From Marsupella aquatica (taxonomy: Eukaryota; Plantae; Marchantiophyta), in the NCBI GenBank assembly GCA_973895155.1, contig OZ316897.1, forward strand, positions 10,315,832-10,379,831: a DNA stretch of 64,000 nt, read 5' to 3'. Numbering within the stretch: the first letter of the stretch is position 1; every line of letters starts with the position of its first letter. The notes under the pieces were generated by a model. The model was not told where the DNA came from, did not search any database, and worked only from the letters and a program-made list of their open reading frames with translations. Shown here in pieces: positions 1 through 15,007 of the stretch. Position numbers and translations under genes: made by a program.

Positions 1-104
1 CCTTCCTGATGCCTTTGCGTTGGACTGTTTCCTGGCTACGGAGAAGTTTCTAGTTTAATTAAATCAGCTGCAGTGTTTTCTTAAAGATGTGTTTGTCGCT
101 TCAG

Positions 105-3100
105 GAGGCGTCTGATTTAAAGGAGAAGTTAGACAAGGTCCTTTTGGACAGAAACACTGTGTCGGAGACGAATGCAGATAATTTTGCACTTCCTAGCCCG
201 CCCAAGAGAATTTCTTCAGAATTAATGTACACTCCGCTCCCTTCCGAGGTTTATAGTCAAGATTTTCTGTCGTAGATTCTCTTGCTTCAGATTTTTTGTT
301 TTCTCAATTTTGGCCACATATGAATTTTGATTACCTGGAATTGAAAACTTTTGGATAACTTGTGTGTAGGGACGGACATCTTGCAATAGAGTTGCATGGT
401 GAAGGATCGATATTACCCTCAGTTGCGATAGGGATATCAGGGACAGCTCTTGCTGCAGCTCTTTTACGAGATGGCTGGAGTGTGAGTGCTCCTAGGTTTT
501 GGGAAACTTTGCCGAATAAATAATTTAGACTCTTGCTTAGCTAAGGGAAATTTATATATGTTAACAGTAACTCATTGCTATCGACGTTCTAAGTTTGGAT
601 CCTGCATGCAGTTATCAACTATGTACTCCAAATATCATGAGGCAGTGGATGCATGGCGGCATGAAAGACATGAACGGAAAAACGCGCAGACTGTACTTGA
701 TCGGGTGAGTATGAAAGATTTGCGTTGCTAAAACAAGGGTCATTTGGATGCACGTAAGTCCGTTAGAATCTAATTAATGTCAGTCTTTTTTATGGATTCC
801 AGGTTTTTATTGTGGTTTTGGACGGAGAAGAATGACTCTAAATTCGGAGCTGTCTTTTCCTGTGATCTGTAGGTACTTTATGAAATAGAGCGAAAGGCCG
901 AACTTATTCTAGACGAGCGAGGTGAGCTATCTGGATTCCACTTTCTCTAGATACATTTGGAACAAATGAAATTTTTGTGTGGTGTACTGATAGCTGCTGG
1001 TTTGGGATGTGAGTAGCTGAGCATCAGAGGATGATTGAAGCCTACCGTAAAATGGAGGCGAAGCTCCACGACTCCATGCAAGACCAAAATTTCATGGATA
1101 GCTCCATCAAAGACTTGAAGGTGTGTGAGTTAAGTCCATTTCAAGCTGGTGACGTACTCTACATTGCGATCGATGAATTGCCTCAGAGGAGGCAAGCTTC
1201 TCTTGGTTTTGATTTTCAACCTTACCTGAAACCTGCAGGCAGATATGAGGAAGAAGGAGAGAGAGTTGAGAGGTAGTCAAAAGGAGATATCAGATCTTCA
1301 GATCCAGGTATTAGCCATGATTTACTAAGATGTAGTCCATTGCTAGTCATTTTTAAGAAGTTGGCAGTTTCACTGGTCGCACTAAAGGTTTGTGGATGGA
1401 TTCAAGTCTGCATCACCTTTTCTATGTTTCCTTGTCTTGTGAGATGTCAAAATCTCACCTTTTGGCTCTGTCCAGGTTCTGGGACCATGTCTAGTCATAG
1501 TAAGCTATCATCACGTTCTGGTCTTTGCGGTATTTAGACGGGAATATTAGATTTGTGGCATATTCATGGGAGACCAGCTAAACTTACAGTCTGAAACATT
1601 CTTTCTGCCCCCAGGTTGCAGGCCTACTCAAAGAATGTGCAGATGTGAAGCAAAGATACGAAGCCGGAGAATGGCAACAAAATGGAGATGACGCACCAGA
1701 TTTTGCCCCTTCAGAGCCAGATACTTCCGCTGCTGATGTTGTGATATCAGAAAAGCTGGTGAGCGGGCTATGAGTGGTCTACCTGTGATTTAGTAAATTG
1801 TCATTTCCCGGTTGGATTTTAAATCAGGAGAGGGTGGTCTTAACAAGCTGAATGTGTAGATATTAGGTCTTGCCTATTGATAACGTCGTTTGTGCATGAC
1901 AGGTTTCCTTTAGAGACATCAGAGGGATGGTAGAGCAGAACAGTCAACTTCGGATCTTGGTGAGAGATCTTGCTCAAGAGAATGAGCAGAAAGAGATGGA
2001 GATGAAGGTGCGTTTTATCTTACGACAGTTCTTTATGTCGCTGTTTCATTCACTGCTTCAAAGGTGGATACATTGTCTTTGCTGTCCACTGTTTCTAAGT
2101 AGATCGGTCCACCGTGATGGTGTGTGTGACAACTAGGATGTGCCGAAGGGTTTTTGCTGCCAACATACTATCCGCTTTATTGTCCATTAAACCCAGCTCC
2201 TATTCAAAAGGTTGTTGCCCAGCAGGTGCATGAGAGTCCGTAACCACTGTCAAGTATTGTTCCTGATGAAGAATTGTCTAGATGCTGGGCAGATGTTATA
2301 TGAATCTAGATAAGGAAAACGTTGTGCGAAATGGGCTCACAAGGTTGAACATCTTCTGATCTGTTCTTGGAAATTCTCATGCAGGAATTCTATTCCGCTG
2401 AACTGAATAGGCGGGCAGAGGCTGCGGCTAATAAAGTTGCAGAGGTAATGCGACAATATAACGGGAAGGAGGAACTCATTGGAACTCTTCAAGGAACGGT
2501 AATTTTCATTTTCTTACATTGAAGGAAAGCTTGTCTCACATATTTATGTAGGCTGCAAATATGCCATGGGCGGTTTCTGGAATTGTGAGACCGTGTACTA
2601 ACCTGTTTTAATATGTTCTGCCCCTGAGGACTTTCCACAAATACTTAGAATCATTGTTGCTACAGGAAAATAAAAGAATGAAACTCATGTTTTAGTTGGC
2701 TAATCAATGTGCGTTCACTACCTTACCAGGTGAGCATGTATAAGAGATTATATGAAGAACAGCTGCAGTCAAGATACTCTTCCCGTGGACAAATCATATT
2801 TGGGTCCTATCTGGCCAATTCAGGTTTGTGTGATGGCGCTGGTTGGCTTCCCTATGTATGGTTGCTATTCAGGACTCTGCTGTTGAGCTGCCGTAAAATT
2901 CTCTGTACAAATTAGTTACGTTCAATGATAGAGTTCGATATCTAATGGATACGAACTTGGAATTGTCAGATGATGGTGGGAAAGATTATAGTAAACTTCT
3001 TCAGACCTCGCAGGTATGGGACATCTTGTGTTGTTTCGACGTCTAGTTTCTCTAGGTGGCATGTTTGCCGATCTCGTTTTAGTTCAATTTAGATCGGTTT

Positions 3101-6100
3101 AGATCAGTCTTGCATTCTGGCGTGAGGACTTTTAATGCTCTTAGATGTTGTTTGCTTGATATCCAGTCTAAATTAATAAAACTATGATTCAGGAAGAGAT
3201 TCGTTCAGTACGTGATGAAGCTGCTGCCCGAGTGAAAGCTCTGGAAGAGGACTTGGCTAAGGCAAAGTCTGTATCATTCCAACTTGACTTTGCTCCTAGT
3301 TTTCTCTGAGACATTGGGTTTTCTGGGTAGAGGTGCAATGTGAGCAGATGCTGACAAAAAACAACTATGATTCTCTAACTCAAGTTGATGAGTGTTGTTG
3401 TGAACGAGTTTCTGAAATTTTGGCCGCTGTACAGTACGTGATATTGACATGAAACTAATTGTACCCAGGTAAATCTCATTTGAACCTGTAATAATTGTTG
3501 ATTTGAAAATGGCTTGTAACCAGATCGGAGTTGACCAATGCACGTATTGAGAGAGCAAGTGTTGATGCTGAGGCGGCCTTAGCAAGGGAACAGATGGTAT
3601 CCATGACACACGAGTCTGAAAATCGGGTATGGCTCCGATTTTACTGTCTGATGTGGTTGACAAATTAAAATGTGAGTGCACTTAAATATTTTATGCAACT
3701 TTCCATGACACTGAGTCTGAAAATCGGGTATGGCTCCGAATGTACTGTGTGATGTGGTTGACAAATTAACATGTGAGTGCACCTGAATATTAAATGCAAC
3801 TTAATCTCAAAGAAGAAATATTGGTGACGCTTTCTATGCTATTGGTGCTAGATGTGCCTTAATTGATGTCTTGTCATCTACTTGCAGCGCAAAGAAATGG
3901 ATTCAGTGTTGTTACGGAACATGGAGTTTGCTCAAACAATCACCAATTATCAACAACAGCTAAGAGAGAGTTCTCAAAGAGTCCATGCTGCCGAGGAGCT
4001 AGCCAACAAGCTTAAAATTGAGGTATTCGGCTGTCCTAGTCGACATTGACTTAATTGCCCAGTTCAACTTGTCCTATCTGTGTAGCTCGTGCTTATGCTG
4101 CACGCTAAATCCTGGAGCTACAGGAATGCATTAGCTTTATCTATAAGTTGAGAATATTGAATGTTTTGTTCGACGAAGTACTTTTGTAACTGCTTATCCT
4201 GTGGATATGAAAGGCCTCTATTCTGGAAAAGGAGAAAGAGCTGCTTGCCTCAGCTGAGAAGAGAGCCTCTGAGGAGGTGGCTCAATTATCAGATCGAGCC
4301 CATCGGTTGCAGGTGCGTCGCTGCAAGATTACACTACTTTCTTTCAGAAAATGTTTCATAAGGCTGAGCTCAGAAGAAGTAAAAATGAGGGTGGAAAAAG
4401 CCAAACTGAAATATTATTTAATCTAGGAAATGCCTTTCCAGAAGCTGTCTGGTTACTGATATCGGCTTTGTATGTCAGGCATCTTTGGACACTTTTCAAA
4501 GTATTGAAGAGACACGAGAGGTACCTTTTCTGCGCATATCTCTCTCCGACGCCAGTTCTGCCCTCTTGGTTGCTTTTGCATCTTTTTATCTTTTGTATAC
4601 CATATTTTGTTGTCATTTTAATTTACGCCTTTGGATTGGCACACTCTTGGTATTCATCCTGGACTTTGAATTGTGTGTGCTTATCTGATTGGCTCATTCT
4701 TTACATGACCAGAGTTCAAGAGCTGCGGAGGTGAAGAAATTGCAGGACGACTTGAGTCATATGCAAGTAAGTATAATAATTGGAGTGGATCATCTTTCAG
4801 TGTATTTTCTTGGCCCAATATTTGATGTGTTTCGTGAAGTTGCTCTTGTCTCATACTTTGTCGGTTTTTTACGTTCATAATCCCCGCTAGTCAGCTAATC
4901 TGCCGCTTCACACGCGAAAGAATTGTAATAATATTTTCACCTTATTTCGTCGTCATGGGAAGGCAAGTTACTGTCTCATCAGCCTTATTTTGGTTACCTG
5001 CAGAGGGAATGGACGGAAGCAAGAAAAGAGTTAGAGGTAGAGCGCAGGCATTCACGAGATCTCACAGTAATGAGAGATAAAGCTGTCAAAGAGGCCATGG
5101 ATCGTGTTGACGGTGTCGGCAAAGAACTTGCTGATGCTCTGAAGGCAATGTCTGCAGCGGAAACGAGGGCTCAAGTGGCTGAGGTGTGTAGACATTTTCG
5201 GTGTCTCTATATGTTTTATTGGTGGGTCTAAAGTTTTTGGGTACAGCTTTAGGTGCTCGATGAAGAAGATATGTGCTCATCCTGCTGTTGTTGCCGTCCG
5301 CCGTTTTGCCAGGTACGATGCACCGACGTTGAGGCGAACTTGAAGAAGGCAGATGACAAAGTACATAATCTCAACCCAGAGTTCAATCTGAAGCTGAACT
5401 GTTTCCTTCTAGCGTCCTTACATCGTGCTTTTTAGCTCGCTTCTGACAAGGGGATACAATCCAGGGTGATCGTGCTTTCACGAGTGCTGAGGGTTTTCTT
5501 GATATTTCCTTGTGGAAACGTGCAGATTGTGATGGCCCTGACAGGTGGGAAGAGGTTAGATATTGGGGAAAAGACCTCTGCAGATATTGATGCTGAGGTA
5601 CCACTTATACTTTAACCTCTTCTTGGTGCCTACTAGTGGTGGAGGTGCTGAAAGTAGGGTTACAAATTTGGCATATATAGCGTGTTTCTTGACCTCAGTC
5701 GTCATATTCGAATAGCTTGACGGCATGTTTTTGGTGCGGCGTACCAACTTTTGTACCGGCCACTATCTTACTCTGAAGTTACACGGCAGCGTGAATCGGT
5801 TATATGCTGTGGTTTCTCCTGTCTAGTGGCCTTTTGAAAGAATCAGCATCTCATTTAATCGAGACATCATTCTATTGATGTAGATCCTCTCAAATTTACA
5901 TGAAGCAAGGGAAGAGTTAGATCAAGTGAAGGAGGACCTTGTAGCTGCCAAGGGCCACACCGAACAGGTACCATGACATTTGTGAGATTGTCGAAATTGA
6001 TTATAATCCTTGGAACTTTCAATCTGAGGTTGAAAGTTTAACTGCAGTTGAGAAACTGACGGCTTGGGACTTCATGGCTTTCATTTTTGGTTGTTGCAGT

Positions 6101-9100
6101 ACAAGAGAATAGCTGAGGCAAATGAAGAAGCTCTGAAGCAGCTGGAGGCAGCTCACAACGGCTACAAAGATGATGTAACAGTCCGAAGTCCTGGTAGCAT
6201 AATTATTTTGTCTTGGCGTACCGCTGGCGCATGTCTTGCCGTAAGGTTAAGTATCTGTCAGATTTCCAATATTCGGGGATTTTTGTCTGGTCAGGTGGAT
6301 CACATGAAGGAAGTGATGGAAGCAGAGGTAAAGACATTTAAAGACAAAGTGGCCACTTTGGAGTCAGAAGTTGTGGAGAAGGAAGCAGCAAGTGCAGCAA
6401 GAATTGCTGAAAAGGAACTCGCTCTGGACAATGCTCACAAGGAGATGACTATTCTTAAAGAATCCTTATCAGCATCACAGTAAGTTTCTTTGTTTTCTTA
6501 TCTCTACTTTGCAAGAAATATATCAATGTTTTTCAAAATCAATGAACCAGGTTCTTCAGGTCCTTTTTCGTAAGCCGTTACCCGTCTGGAATTTTTTACG
6601 CACCTTCGGACCCAGGTTTATGTAAGTTCTCGTCCACGCTGGCAAAGGAAACATTGATCCGATATGGGAAGCGCAAAATTGTCAAGTCCGTCAGGAATGC
6701 TGTGAAGATCATTCTTATGATTCTTGCTGGACGTAGGAACGGCTTTTCTCCTCACTAATGCTATCTCTCTTTCATCTCCTTTCTGTCAGAGCTTCGTTGC
6801 ACGAAGATGAGGTTAAAATAAAAACACTCAAGCTTGAGGTGGACAAGTACCACCGTCAGTGGCGGGAAGCTCAACAGAATTATGAGAGGCAGGTAAGGTA
6901 TTCTGATATTGGGGGTTAGAGTGCTTCAGCAGATCAATTGAGAGCAATATGTTGCTGACACCTTAAGATGCATTTGATGAACTGGATAATTCGCCTGACC
7001 CAAGTCTCCTAGAAGAAATCAATTCTTATTGACAGAAAGCATTCTGAGGCTAAACTTCGAAACTTTCCGTAGGGCCTTTTACTACTAACCAGCCATCAGC
7101 TTTGAGGTCCGCGAACATGGAGGAAGATCAAATGTTTGGATGAGATTTTCCTTGTGGTAGATGTGCGACTGAATTTCAATTTCTTTTCAGATTCTTCTCC
7201 AAGCAGATACAATAAGGGAGCTAACTGCCGCTTCAGATAGACTGACTAAGCTGGAGGAGGAAGAAGCCACTCTACTCATACAGGCAGAAACGGCAGAATC
7301 ACAGCTGGTAGAGTCCTGCTTGGTTTTGGGTTCTTGAAAGAGCTGAGTTTGATTATAATTATGTTTTTATCACTTGCTTCCTGTGAGGACGCGAGGACGG
7401 GAGAATTCGTGTTCGAGAACGTGACAACGTTTTTTAATCACTATTTTTCTAGCGCTCATCAAAATGCACGAAATTGTTCTTTTCAATCTGAGCAGGCATC
7501 ACTTCAAGTTTCTTGGGCCATGGAGAAGTCTTCTCTCGAATCAATAGTAAAAGAGGCTGAGAAGAAATGGAAGGATCTTGATCAACAGGTGAGAAACTGC
7601 AACATGTGAGCTGAATTGAAAACAGAGTACGTGAAGTATGGTGGAACACATTGCACTTTCTACGGAAAGTAATTATCATGACACGCTTCATGGTCGAGGT
7701 CCTGGACAGTTGGGCATTTTGGTCTTTTGAAGATAAATATGATTATCGCCTGCATTATATTAGACACAGGATCCTAAACGGAGGCTTATCAATGTATAGA
7801 GGTAGTTTGATAGATTCAGTTGGAAGAGATCAAGCAGTACCTAATCATTTGAGTAGTTACAACATGTACATCTGCACTTAAAAGTTTGGTAGTCTGCAGG
7901 TCTTTTCAGGTTAAAAGCTGCTGATTGGTTTCATTTGTTGCAGAATTCCCTGCTTTTGGATCGTCTCGAAGCAGTACATATAACAGCAGCAGAGCACGTC
8001 CGTAAAGCTTCGGCTGAGACTGGGAATAGCGAAGCTGCTGAAGTCAAAGAGGAAAGCGACTTACAAAATGTCATTAGATATCTACGCCGCTCTAAGGAAA
8101 CGGTTGGTGCCACACCCCAGTTTAGATTAGATGACTAGTGCATTTGATACCTTTGATTTGTCTTCTTTCATGCAGCAATTATCTTAACTACCCTTCTGAA
8201 CTGATTCATTTCTGCTATTCAGGCTGAGACGGAAGTTTCTTTACTCAAGCAGGAACGTCTCCGACTTCAAAGACAGGTGAGCCCTTCATTCCTGTCGTCC
8301 AGCGTTGTATGTTTCTGGTTGTTCCTTTGAGCATTTTTTTTATGGCTGTTAACTGGTTGAGTTATTACTGAATGGGTGTAGTAGTAGTGAGCTCAAAATG
8401 ACATGTTAGGTGGGAAATGGTTTGTTGCCTTGTAATGGACTTCTCCCACATACCGTGTAATCTGGAAAACTCGTATTTGTCTCATTTCATGCACACTCTA
8501 AACCTTAGTATCAGCGGAAATTTTGAGCGTTGAAGTGTACTTTTTATGATCAAACTGAGAACAACAGACTTAAGCTGAATTTAAGCGTCGACAATTTGTT
8601 GATAAGCTCTGGGTCAGCAGCTTAGAGACATGATACAATAAGCTGTGTTGACAACCTTTCCCTATTCAATAGTAAGGCTGCACGAATTACCCATTTATTG
8701 CATTCCAGTACCCAAATCGTTCGTACCTGTCCGATTGCATTTCATTCGATGTGCTCGACACCTGGATGAATGCTTTAGGATACATGTTTAAAGGTTAGAT
8801 CTTTCGTCGTCGGCGCGGGCGGGGGTGCATGAAGGCAACAAATAACGAAATATATTTTACGAATTGATATTCTATTATTTAAAATCTCATAAATAAGTTT
8901 GAAGGCAACAGATAACCAATATATTTCACCTTTCTCGAATCTTTGCACCGTTTTGGAAGCTTATCTAGCCCTTTGTATGATTCCTGAGTAATAGTGAAAA
9001 GTGCTAGTCTCTTACGACCTATCTCCATTGCAGCTAGATGCAGCTCTTCGTGCAGCCGAAGAAGCGCAGTCAAGCTTACGTCGTGAGCAAGAGAAGGCTC

Positions 9101-10776
9101 GAACAAGTCTCTATTCGGATGAAGAGTTCAAGTCTTTGCAGGCTCAGGTAATTGTAATTAAGTTGATGTTTACAGCTATTCACCCTCTTCAACGTTAAAA
9201 TGTATATCTCGATTTATATTATGGGCTTTTGGTCCAGGTACGAGAAATCAACCTGTTGCGTGAGAGCAACGCACAACTCAGAGAAGAGAACCGTAGGAAC
9301 TTCGAAGATTCTAGGGTGAGTATTCAATAAGTATTGTGTGGTCGACATTGTGTCACCTTGATAATTTTGGAAAAATGAAATATTGATGCACATCAGAACT
9401 ACCGTAGTCTGGTTAAGTTGGATTAGGAAATTTCTTTACATTGCTAAAAGTTAAGGTATTTGTTGTACCATGAAACCGTGCTTGGTGTTCCATATTTCTA
9501 CCACTTTGAAGCTGATAAAGGACAATGCCTGCATAATGAAGGAATCTAGAGAAAAGGTACGACAAGCACATTCCGAGCTTGAACCTATACAGCAACAGTT
9601 GAAGGAGAAGGAGGTTGAACTTGATGCTGCTGGGAAGGAGCTGGAAATGCTCAGGGCTGAGACTCAGCGATGGCAAAATAGAGTTTCTCAGGTAAAATAA
9701 TCTCAGTTTTATGCGATTGCCTCCAATCCAATAAGAATTGCAGATTATCTTACTGTTGCTTCTGATATTTGAACAGATTCTGGAGAAATATAAAGCTATT
9801 GATGTGGAGGACTATCAACGTGTGAAGCAGGAGCTTGCTGAATTGCAGGTCTGATAAGTCTATTGGTCTATGTGATCTCGTTATTATTTAAGAAACGTTA
9901 ATAAGGTTGAGATGGCTATCTGAATTAGTGTTGGAGCCTTTTGGATGGCAGATTCATGTATGAACTTTTGCATTTCAATTACACTTTGAATACGGCAGTG
10001 GTAGACGTTTTCACACTCGGTTATATCTATAATGCTGCAGATGTAGGACAAATTCACCATATATATATAGCTTGTTACTGTATTAGAGAAGACGATGCCC
10101 AATAACTTAGTGCAATTTGACTTAGACTTCGAGAGCATTATTGACGTTCTTACTTTTATGTCGACAACTTCATCCTGGTGGACATATTTAGCTTTAGGAC
10201 TATTAATTTCCTCTCAGGTGACAAGTAGTCACCGGCTCATGTAAAGCTCCCTATTCTGAACTAGTTCCTTAAGCCGTTGTGGTCTACAACGCTTTGAGAT
10301 TGTCCTTCGTCATGGAGTCTCGGCAGCTTTGTCTCCCAAGTTACAAGGCTGCGAGGTACAGGGTTTGAAGTTGACCAGGAAGTTCAAGGCATGGGAAGTC
10401 GTTCAGGATACAATACCCCCCTAGTCCCGCCAGGTACCAACTTGAGATTCGTTTGTGCAGGGCCATTTGAAGGCGAGCAAAGATGACCTCGACGCTGCAA
10501 GGAAGGAAGCAGAAACTGCCAAGATAGAACTTGAGGCAACTCGAAGTAAGCTGGAGAAGCTACAAATTGATGCCAATGAGAAAGACAGCAGGTTGAATGA
10601 ACTCGAAAAGAAGCTCCGAGATGCTTTGCAAGCAGAGGTATTGATTCTCACTGATCTCAAGTTGAACTACAGCTCATTCTGTTTTCAGGGTGACGGGATT
10701 TCCTTTGTCAATTAAGGAGAGTTTTTGTCCAGGAGGGTCTTTTGTCGGTTACAGATCGACTTCTGCGTTGTTGATC

Positions 10777-10815
<39 letters not shown>

Positions 10816-13800
10816 CCCTTTTTGCGCAGACGACTACGAGAGGCGAACTAGAGAGATTCAAGAGACACGCTCAGTTCCAAAAGGTATCGAAAAGAGCCCA
10901 CATGATTGTCTTGATTTTTAAAACCTTTTGTTGAATGCGATTAAGTGCTTTTGTACTCCAATTCTATCATGTGGATCTTGTTTCCGAGTTGGCTTGGAGA
11001 CTGTTTTAAATCCCTTTCTTGGTTATTCTTAGCGTAAGTTGGACAACCTAACAAAAGAAAAAGATGATCTGAGCAAGGAGAACGAGTCTTTGGCAAAACA
11101 AGTGGAGGAATCTAAAACAACCGCAGGTCAGTGTGGATCTGCCGATTTGATTTATCAGGATATTGCTGTTTATTTAGAGTGTTATTTATTGATCAGTTCT
11201 TGCAGTAGTGGCCTTCATTAAAGTGTTTTGTTAAGTTCAAACTAAAACATTGCTACAGGAAAGAGGGCATCTGTGGAGGCTAGGCAGGAGGCAGCACGAC
11301 AGGAGGCGTCTGCGAGACAGGAACTTGCTCGGCTGGAGCAAGCTCAAAAGGAATCTGAGAACACGTTGAAGGAAAAGGAAACCAGGATTCAGGTTGATCC
11401 CGATACTGAATACTGGGCTTCAAATCGATATTCTAAGTATTGTTTAGAAAAATGTTCTTGTTCGCTGAATTCTCTCTCACGAACTTGTGCAGCTTCTGGA
11501 GAAAACGTTGGAGAGAGAGCGAGAATCTGTCCGAAATCAGAAATTGTTACGGCAACGAGATCAGAAAACCTTTTATGATGTAGCTCAGAAGGCAGTACAG
11601 GTGGTTGCATATCCATACTCTTGCAACCAAAAACAAATCTTTCGTTGTCTTGATGCTAAGTCAAGCGGTCTCATTATCAGAAGCTATTTGTCGTCTTAAT
11701 CAGAAACCATCTAACGAATAATGACCATTTCCTATTGCAATCAGGAAAAGAAAAGGTTTCTGGAGGAACTGGAAAGTTTCAAGCGAGAGAAGCTACAGCA
11801 GCTGGAGGTGTGTTTCTCGTTCCTTGCTACAATCACTGACCAAGTTGACCTTTCCATTAACGTCGCAGTCCATCGAAATGTTCCTTTTGGTTGCTGTCGC
11901 ATGAGGTGGTCAGAAAAGTAGACAAATGTGTGATGGATGGTTGACACTAGTTATTAATATGACAACGTTTGGACAGAGACTGGGCAACGGTGCTTTTGAT
12001 TCTGAGCTTCCTAAACCTGAGGTTGAGGAAAGAGCAGCAGCTTACAGCACAGCAGTAAGTTCCATCATTGAGGTTGCAGGCAGTCCTTTAGAACAGCTAG
12101 GGCAGATGAACCTATCCGCCCCACCTGCTCCAGTTTCTTTAGCACCACCAGTTGTGCATGCTCCATCGATAAATTCTGCTGATTTAGCACAGCCTCCCCC
12201 AGTTGAAGCAAGTGTTCCAGCATTGGAGATTCAAGCAGGAGGTTCTGCCGCGTCTTCCAGTGCGGTCATAGTGCCTCCTAGCGCCGGAGTCCCTATAGTG
12301 TCTGTCTCTGGACCAGGGGTTGTTGCGAGTATGACGGGGGCTGTGAACTCTTCTGTGACCAGTGTTGTAACCACATCAGTATCCGTGCCTCGACCTCCTG
12401 TAAGGGTAGCTTCTGCAAGCGTCCCCCCTTCTGGAACCCGTCCACCAGTTAGACCACCCCCTGCCCAAACTGTTGCTGTACCTGATCAGAGGGAGAGGGA
12501 GATGGCTCAACTTCGGGCACAAATCCAGGAGAAAGAGGTACCTGAGTTCTGTTGCTGGACTTTCTATTTAGTTCTTGAGTGCTGTATGCGCATCTATTGT
12601 ATTAGCAGTGTCCTATGCCTTCTCTTTCATTGATGTTTGGGTTTTGTTGCAGAAGTCACAAGCTCAAGCTAGTGTAACCCAAGCACGGAAGACTGCCCGT
12701 AGGCTAATCCGTCCTAGAATTGAACCCGAAGTGGTGACTGAACTTGGTGACTCTTCAGCTGAAGCTTCGGCAGAAGTGACAGAGACAGACATTGAGCTAG
12801 AAGAAGGCAAATTAACAACAGTTCCAAGTGATGTAGAGCCATCATCTAATTCCGCATTGACCCTGCAAGTGACAGGGGCAACTGCTCCAGCTCTCGATTC
12901 TACTGTGCCTCTGTCGGTCACTGTGAATGTATCGACAGATAAAATACAGCCTCTGTCTGGTCTTCGGAAGCGTCCAGCTGTTACATCAGAACCCACTGTC
13001 ACTGAAGACGTTACTCAGGAGCTGGTTGTCAAATCTGAGAGTGCCCCACCCCAAAAACGATCTCGGCCAGTTGAGCAATTGCCAGAAGAAGTTTCTCAAG
13101 AAAGTGCTCCCTCAGCCTTGACCGTGCTCGTTGGTGTTAAGCTGCAGAGTGACTCCTTGTCTCGTGATCTTAGTCAGGATGAGAAAGTTGGCCAGGAGGT
13201 ACTAGTTTCTGATATCAGCAATGTTCCCGCGCCAAATCAAGAGGCTGTTACATCTGGGATTGCCTCTGATCTTGAAAGAGAACGTCCTGCATCTGAGATT
13301 GCTGATATTCCTCCACAAAAACGACCGCGTTTCGTAAGACCAGAAGCTCTGATGCTTTCACAGCAACCTGTATCAAAAGATGAAGGGGTCTCACCAGATG
13401 ATGCAGTTGATGAGAAGATGGTGTCGGAACCGGATGATCTTGTTCATGGCACAGATCTGACAAAAGAGGCAAAGGGGGAGCCGGAGCTTGTAGATCAAGG
13501 GAATTCGTCTCTAGACTTGTCGATCCAGGATCAGAAAATTGATGCTGCTGATTTTGCAAGTTCGAGGGAGCCAACGGTCGTGGCTGAACCACAAACAAGT
13601 TTAGGTGGAATAAATGTCGGTGGAATTACAGAGGAGGCCACATTGGGTGCAGCCACACGAAATCTCAGTTCTGTCGATGCTGTCGATTTTTCCCGAAACG
13701 GGACTGAAGTCCTCGCAAAGGAGGTGCTGAGTGAACAACCTATCCTGGAAGCTGACACACAAGTACTACCCATTCAAGTTTCTACCAGCACGGAACTGAT

Positions 13801-15007
13801 GGAAATTGTTCCCCAAGTGTTTGAGTTAGATGTGCCAACAGGCGATTCTGTTAGCCAACGGGAGAGTGGTCTTAATGTAGAGCCCTCAGGAACTGAGGAA
13901 GTACAGGAAGCCGAGGATCAACCAGAAGAAGGCGAGATATCAATGGATGTCACTGCAAATGAAATAGTTCCCACATTCGAGTCGGGTAGAGATAACGTCG
14001 AGGTAGTTCTTGAGTTGGAGAAGCCTGCGGAAGTGAAGGAGGAAGCCACTGCTCCAGCTGCAGTGTCCGTAGGAGATGTGCCACCTGTAGAGACTCAGGA
14101 AGGCCAAGGAGGAGACATTGTTGTACATCCCACTGAGCTGAAGGTACCTGTCTCTGAGGTTGTCAGTAATGTGACAACACCTACCGATACCGGTGCCCAG
14201 GAGGAAAAAGAACCAGGGGAGTTACCACAAGTCGAAACTGGATCAATGGTCACTCGGAACGCCCTAAAAAATACTGGGGCCACTTCAAACACCACAATAC
14301 ACCTTGCTGAGAGAGCAAAAGAGCGAGCTGCACTTCGCCGTGTTGGCACTAACCCCCAATCCCCAGCAGCTAGGGGCCGTGGCCGAGCAGCTAGGGGCGG
14401 CAAGGTTTGACACATCCTTCCACGTTTAGCTGCTTCGCTCCAATATATCTGTTTCTAATATCTAGAGCCTCATTATTTGAAAACTCCACTCTGTGAAGTG
14501 AATGGGCATGAGTCACGTTGTATTATGCTACTGAGGTGTTTTGTAGTGACGTGTCCAGTGATGTTTTCATTGCGAAAAGAAATTCCCATTGAAAAGTCTG
14601 ACACTTCCCACGTAGTTAGTAACTCTAATATTGATGTTTTTCGAAAACTGTTTGTTACCTTCACAGAGAGCACCTGGAGCTTCAAGAGGAGGGCGTGTCA
14701 TCTCCACGGGAGTAAGAGGACGCGGACAAGCGGGTAATTCATATGGACGCAATTTGACTCCCAGTTGCAGCATATCCTGATGCATGATTTGAAGAATTTA
14801 TGTCTGGTTAAGTAAGCAGAGAATCGATTTCTTCTGTTTTAAGGAAAAAATTTCTGCTAAATTTCAGGTGGTACCCCAGCAGCATCGCCTGAAGCTGCAA
14901 GAACTGGAACACAGCAAGGTTCTGGAGCCCAGGGCCAAACAGAGCAGGGAGAAACAAATACAACGCCGAACCCCTATGAAACCCTACCACGGGAAGGCGA
15001 GGATTGA
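105..15007 (+). CDS. NUA: Nuclear pore anchor / TPR-Mlp1 family coiled-coil nucleoporin, multi-exon, 5'-partial (starts upstream of the window)
   Basis: Spliced GT-AG exons read GISGTALAAALLRDGWS|LSTMYSKYHEAVDAWRHERHERKNAQTVLDR|VLYEIERKAELILDER|AEHQRMIEAYRKMEAKL, later YKRIAEANEEALKQLE, WREAQQNYERQ, DLQNVIRYLRRSKET|AETEVSLLKQERLRLQ and EEFKSLQAQ|VREINLLRESNAQLREEN, matching remembered plant NUA/TPR motifs. Long low-complexity exons at ~11978-12537 and ~12653-14405. The last exon 14868-15007 ends in TGA. Confidence 0.93.
3601..3802. repeat. Intronic tandem duplication, ~102 bp x2
   Basis: ccatgacac..gagtctgaaaatcgggtatggctccga...atgcaactt occurs at 3601 and 3703 with a few mismatches. Confidence 0.9.
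10779..10813. repeat. (TA)n microsatellite in NUA intron
   Basis: Direct reading. Confidence 0.95.

Noticed and set aside
12575-14410. Separate 611-aa gene
   Set aside because: It is a large exon of the disordered NUA C-terminus, bounded by splice sites and carrying ARRLIRPRI and INL/IHLAERAKERA-type motifs.
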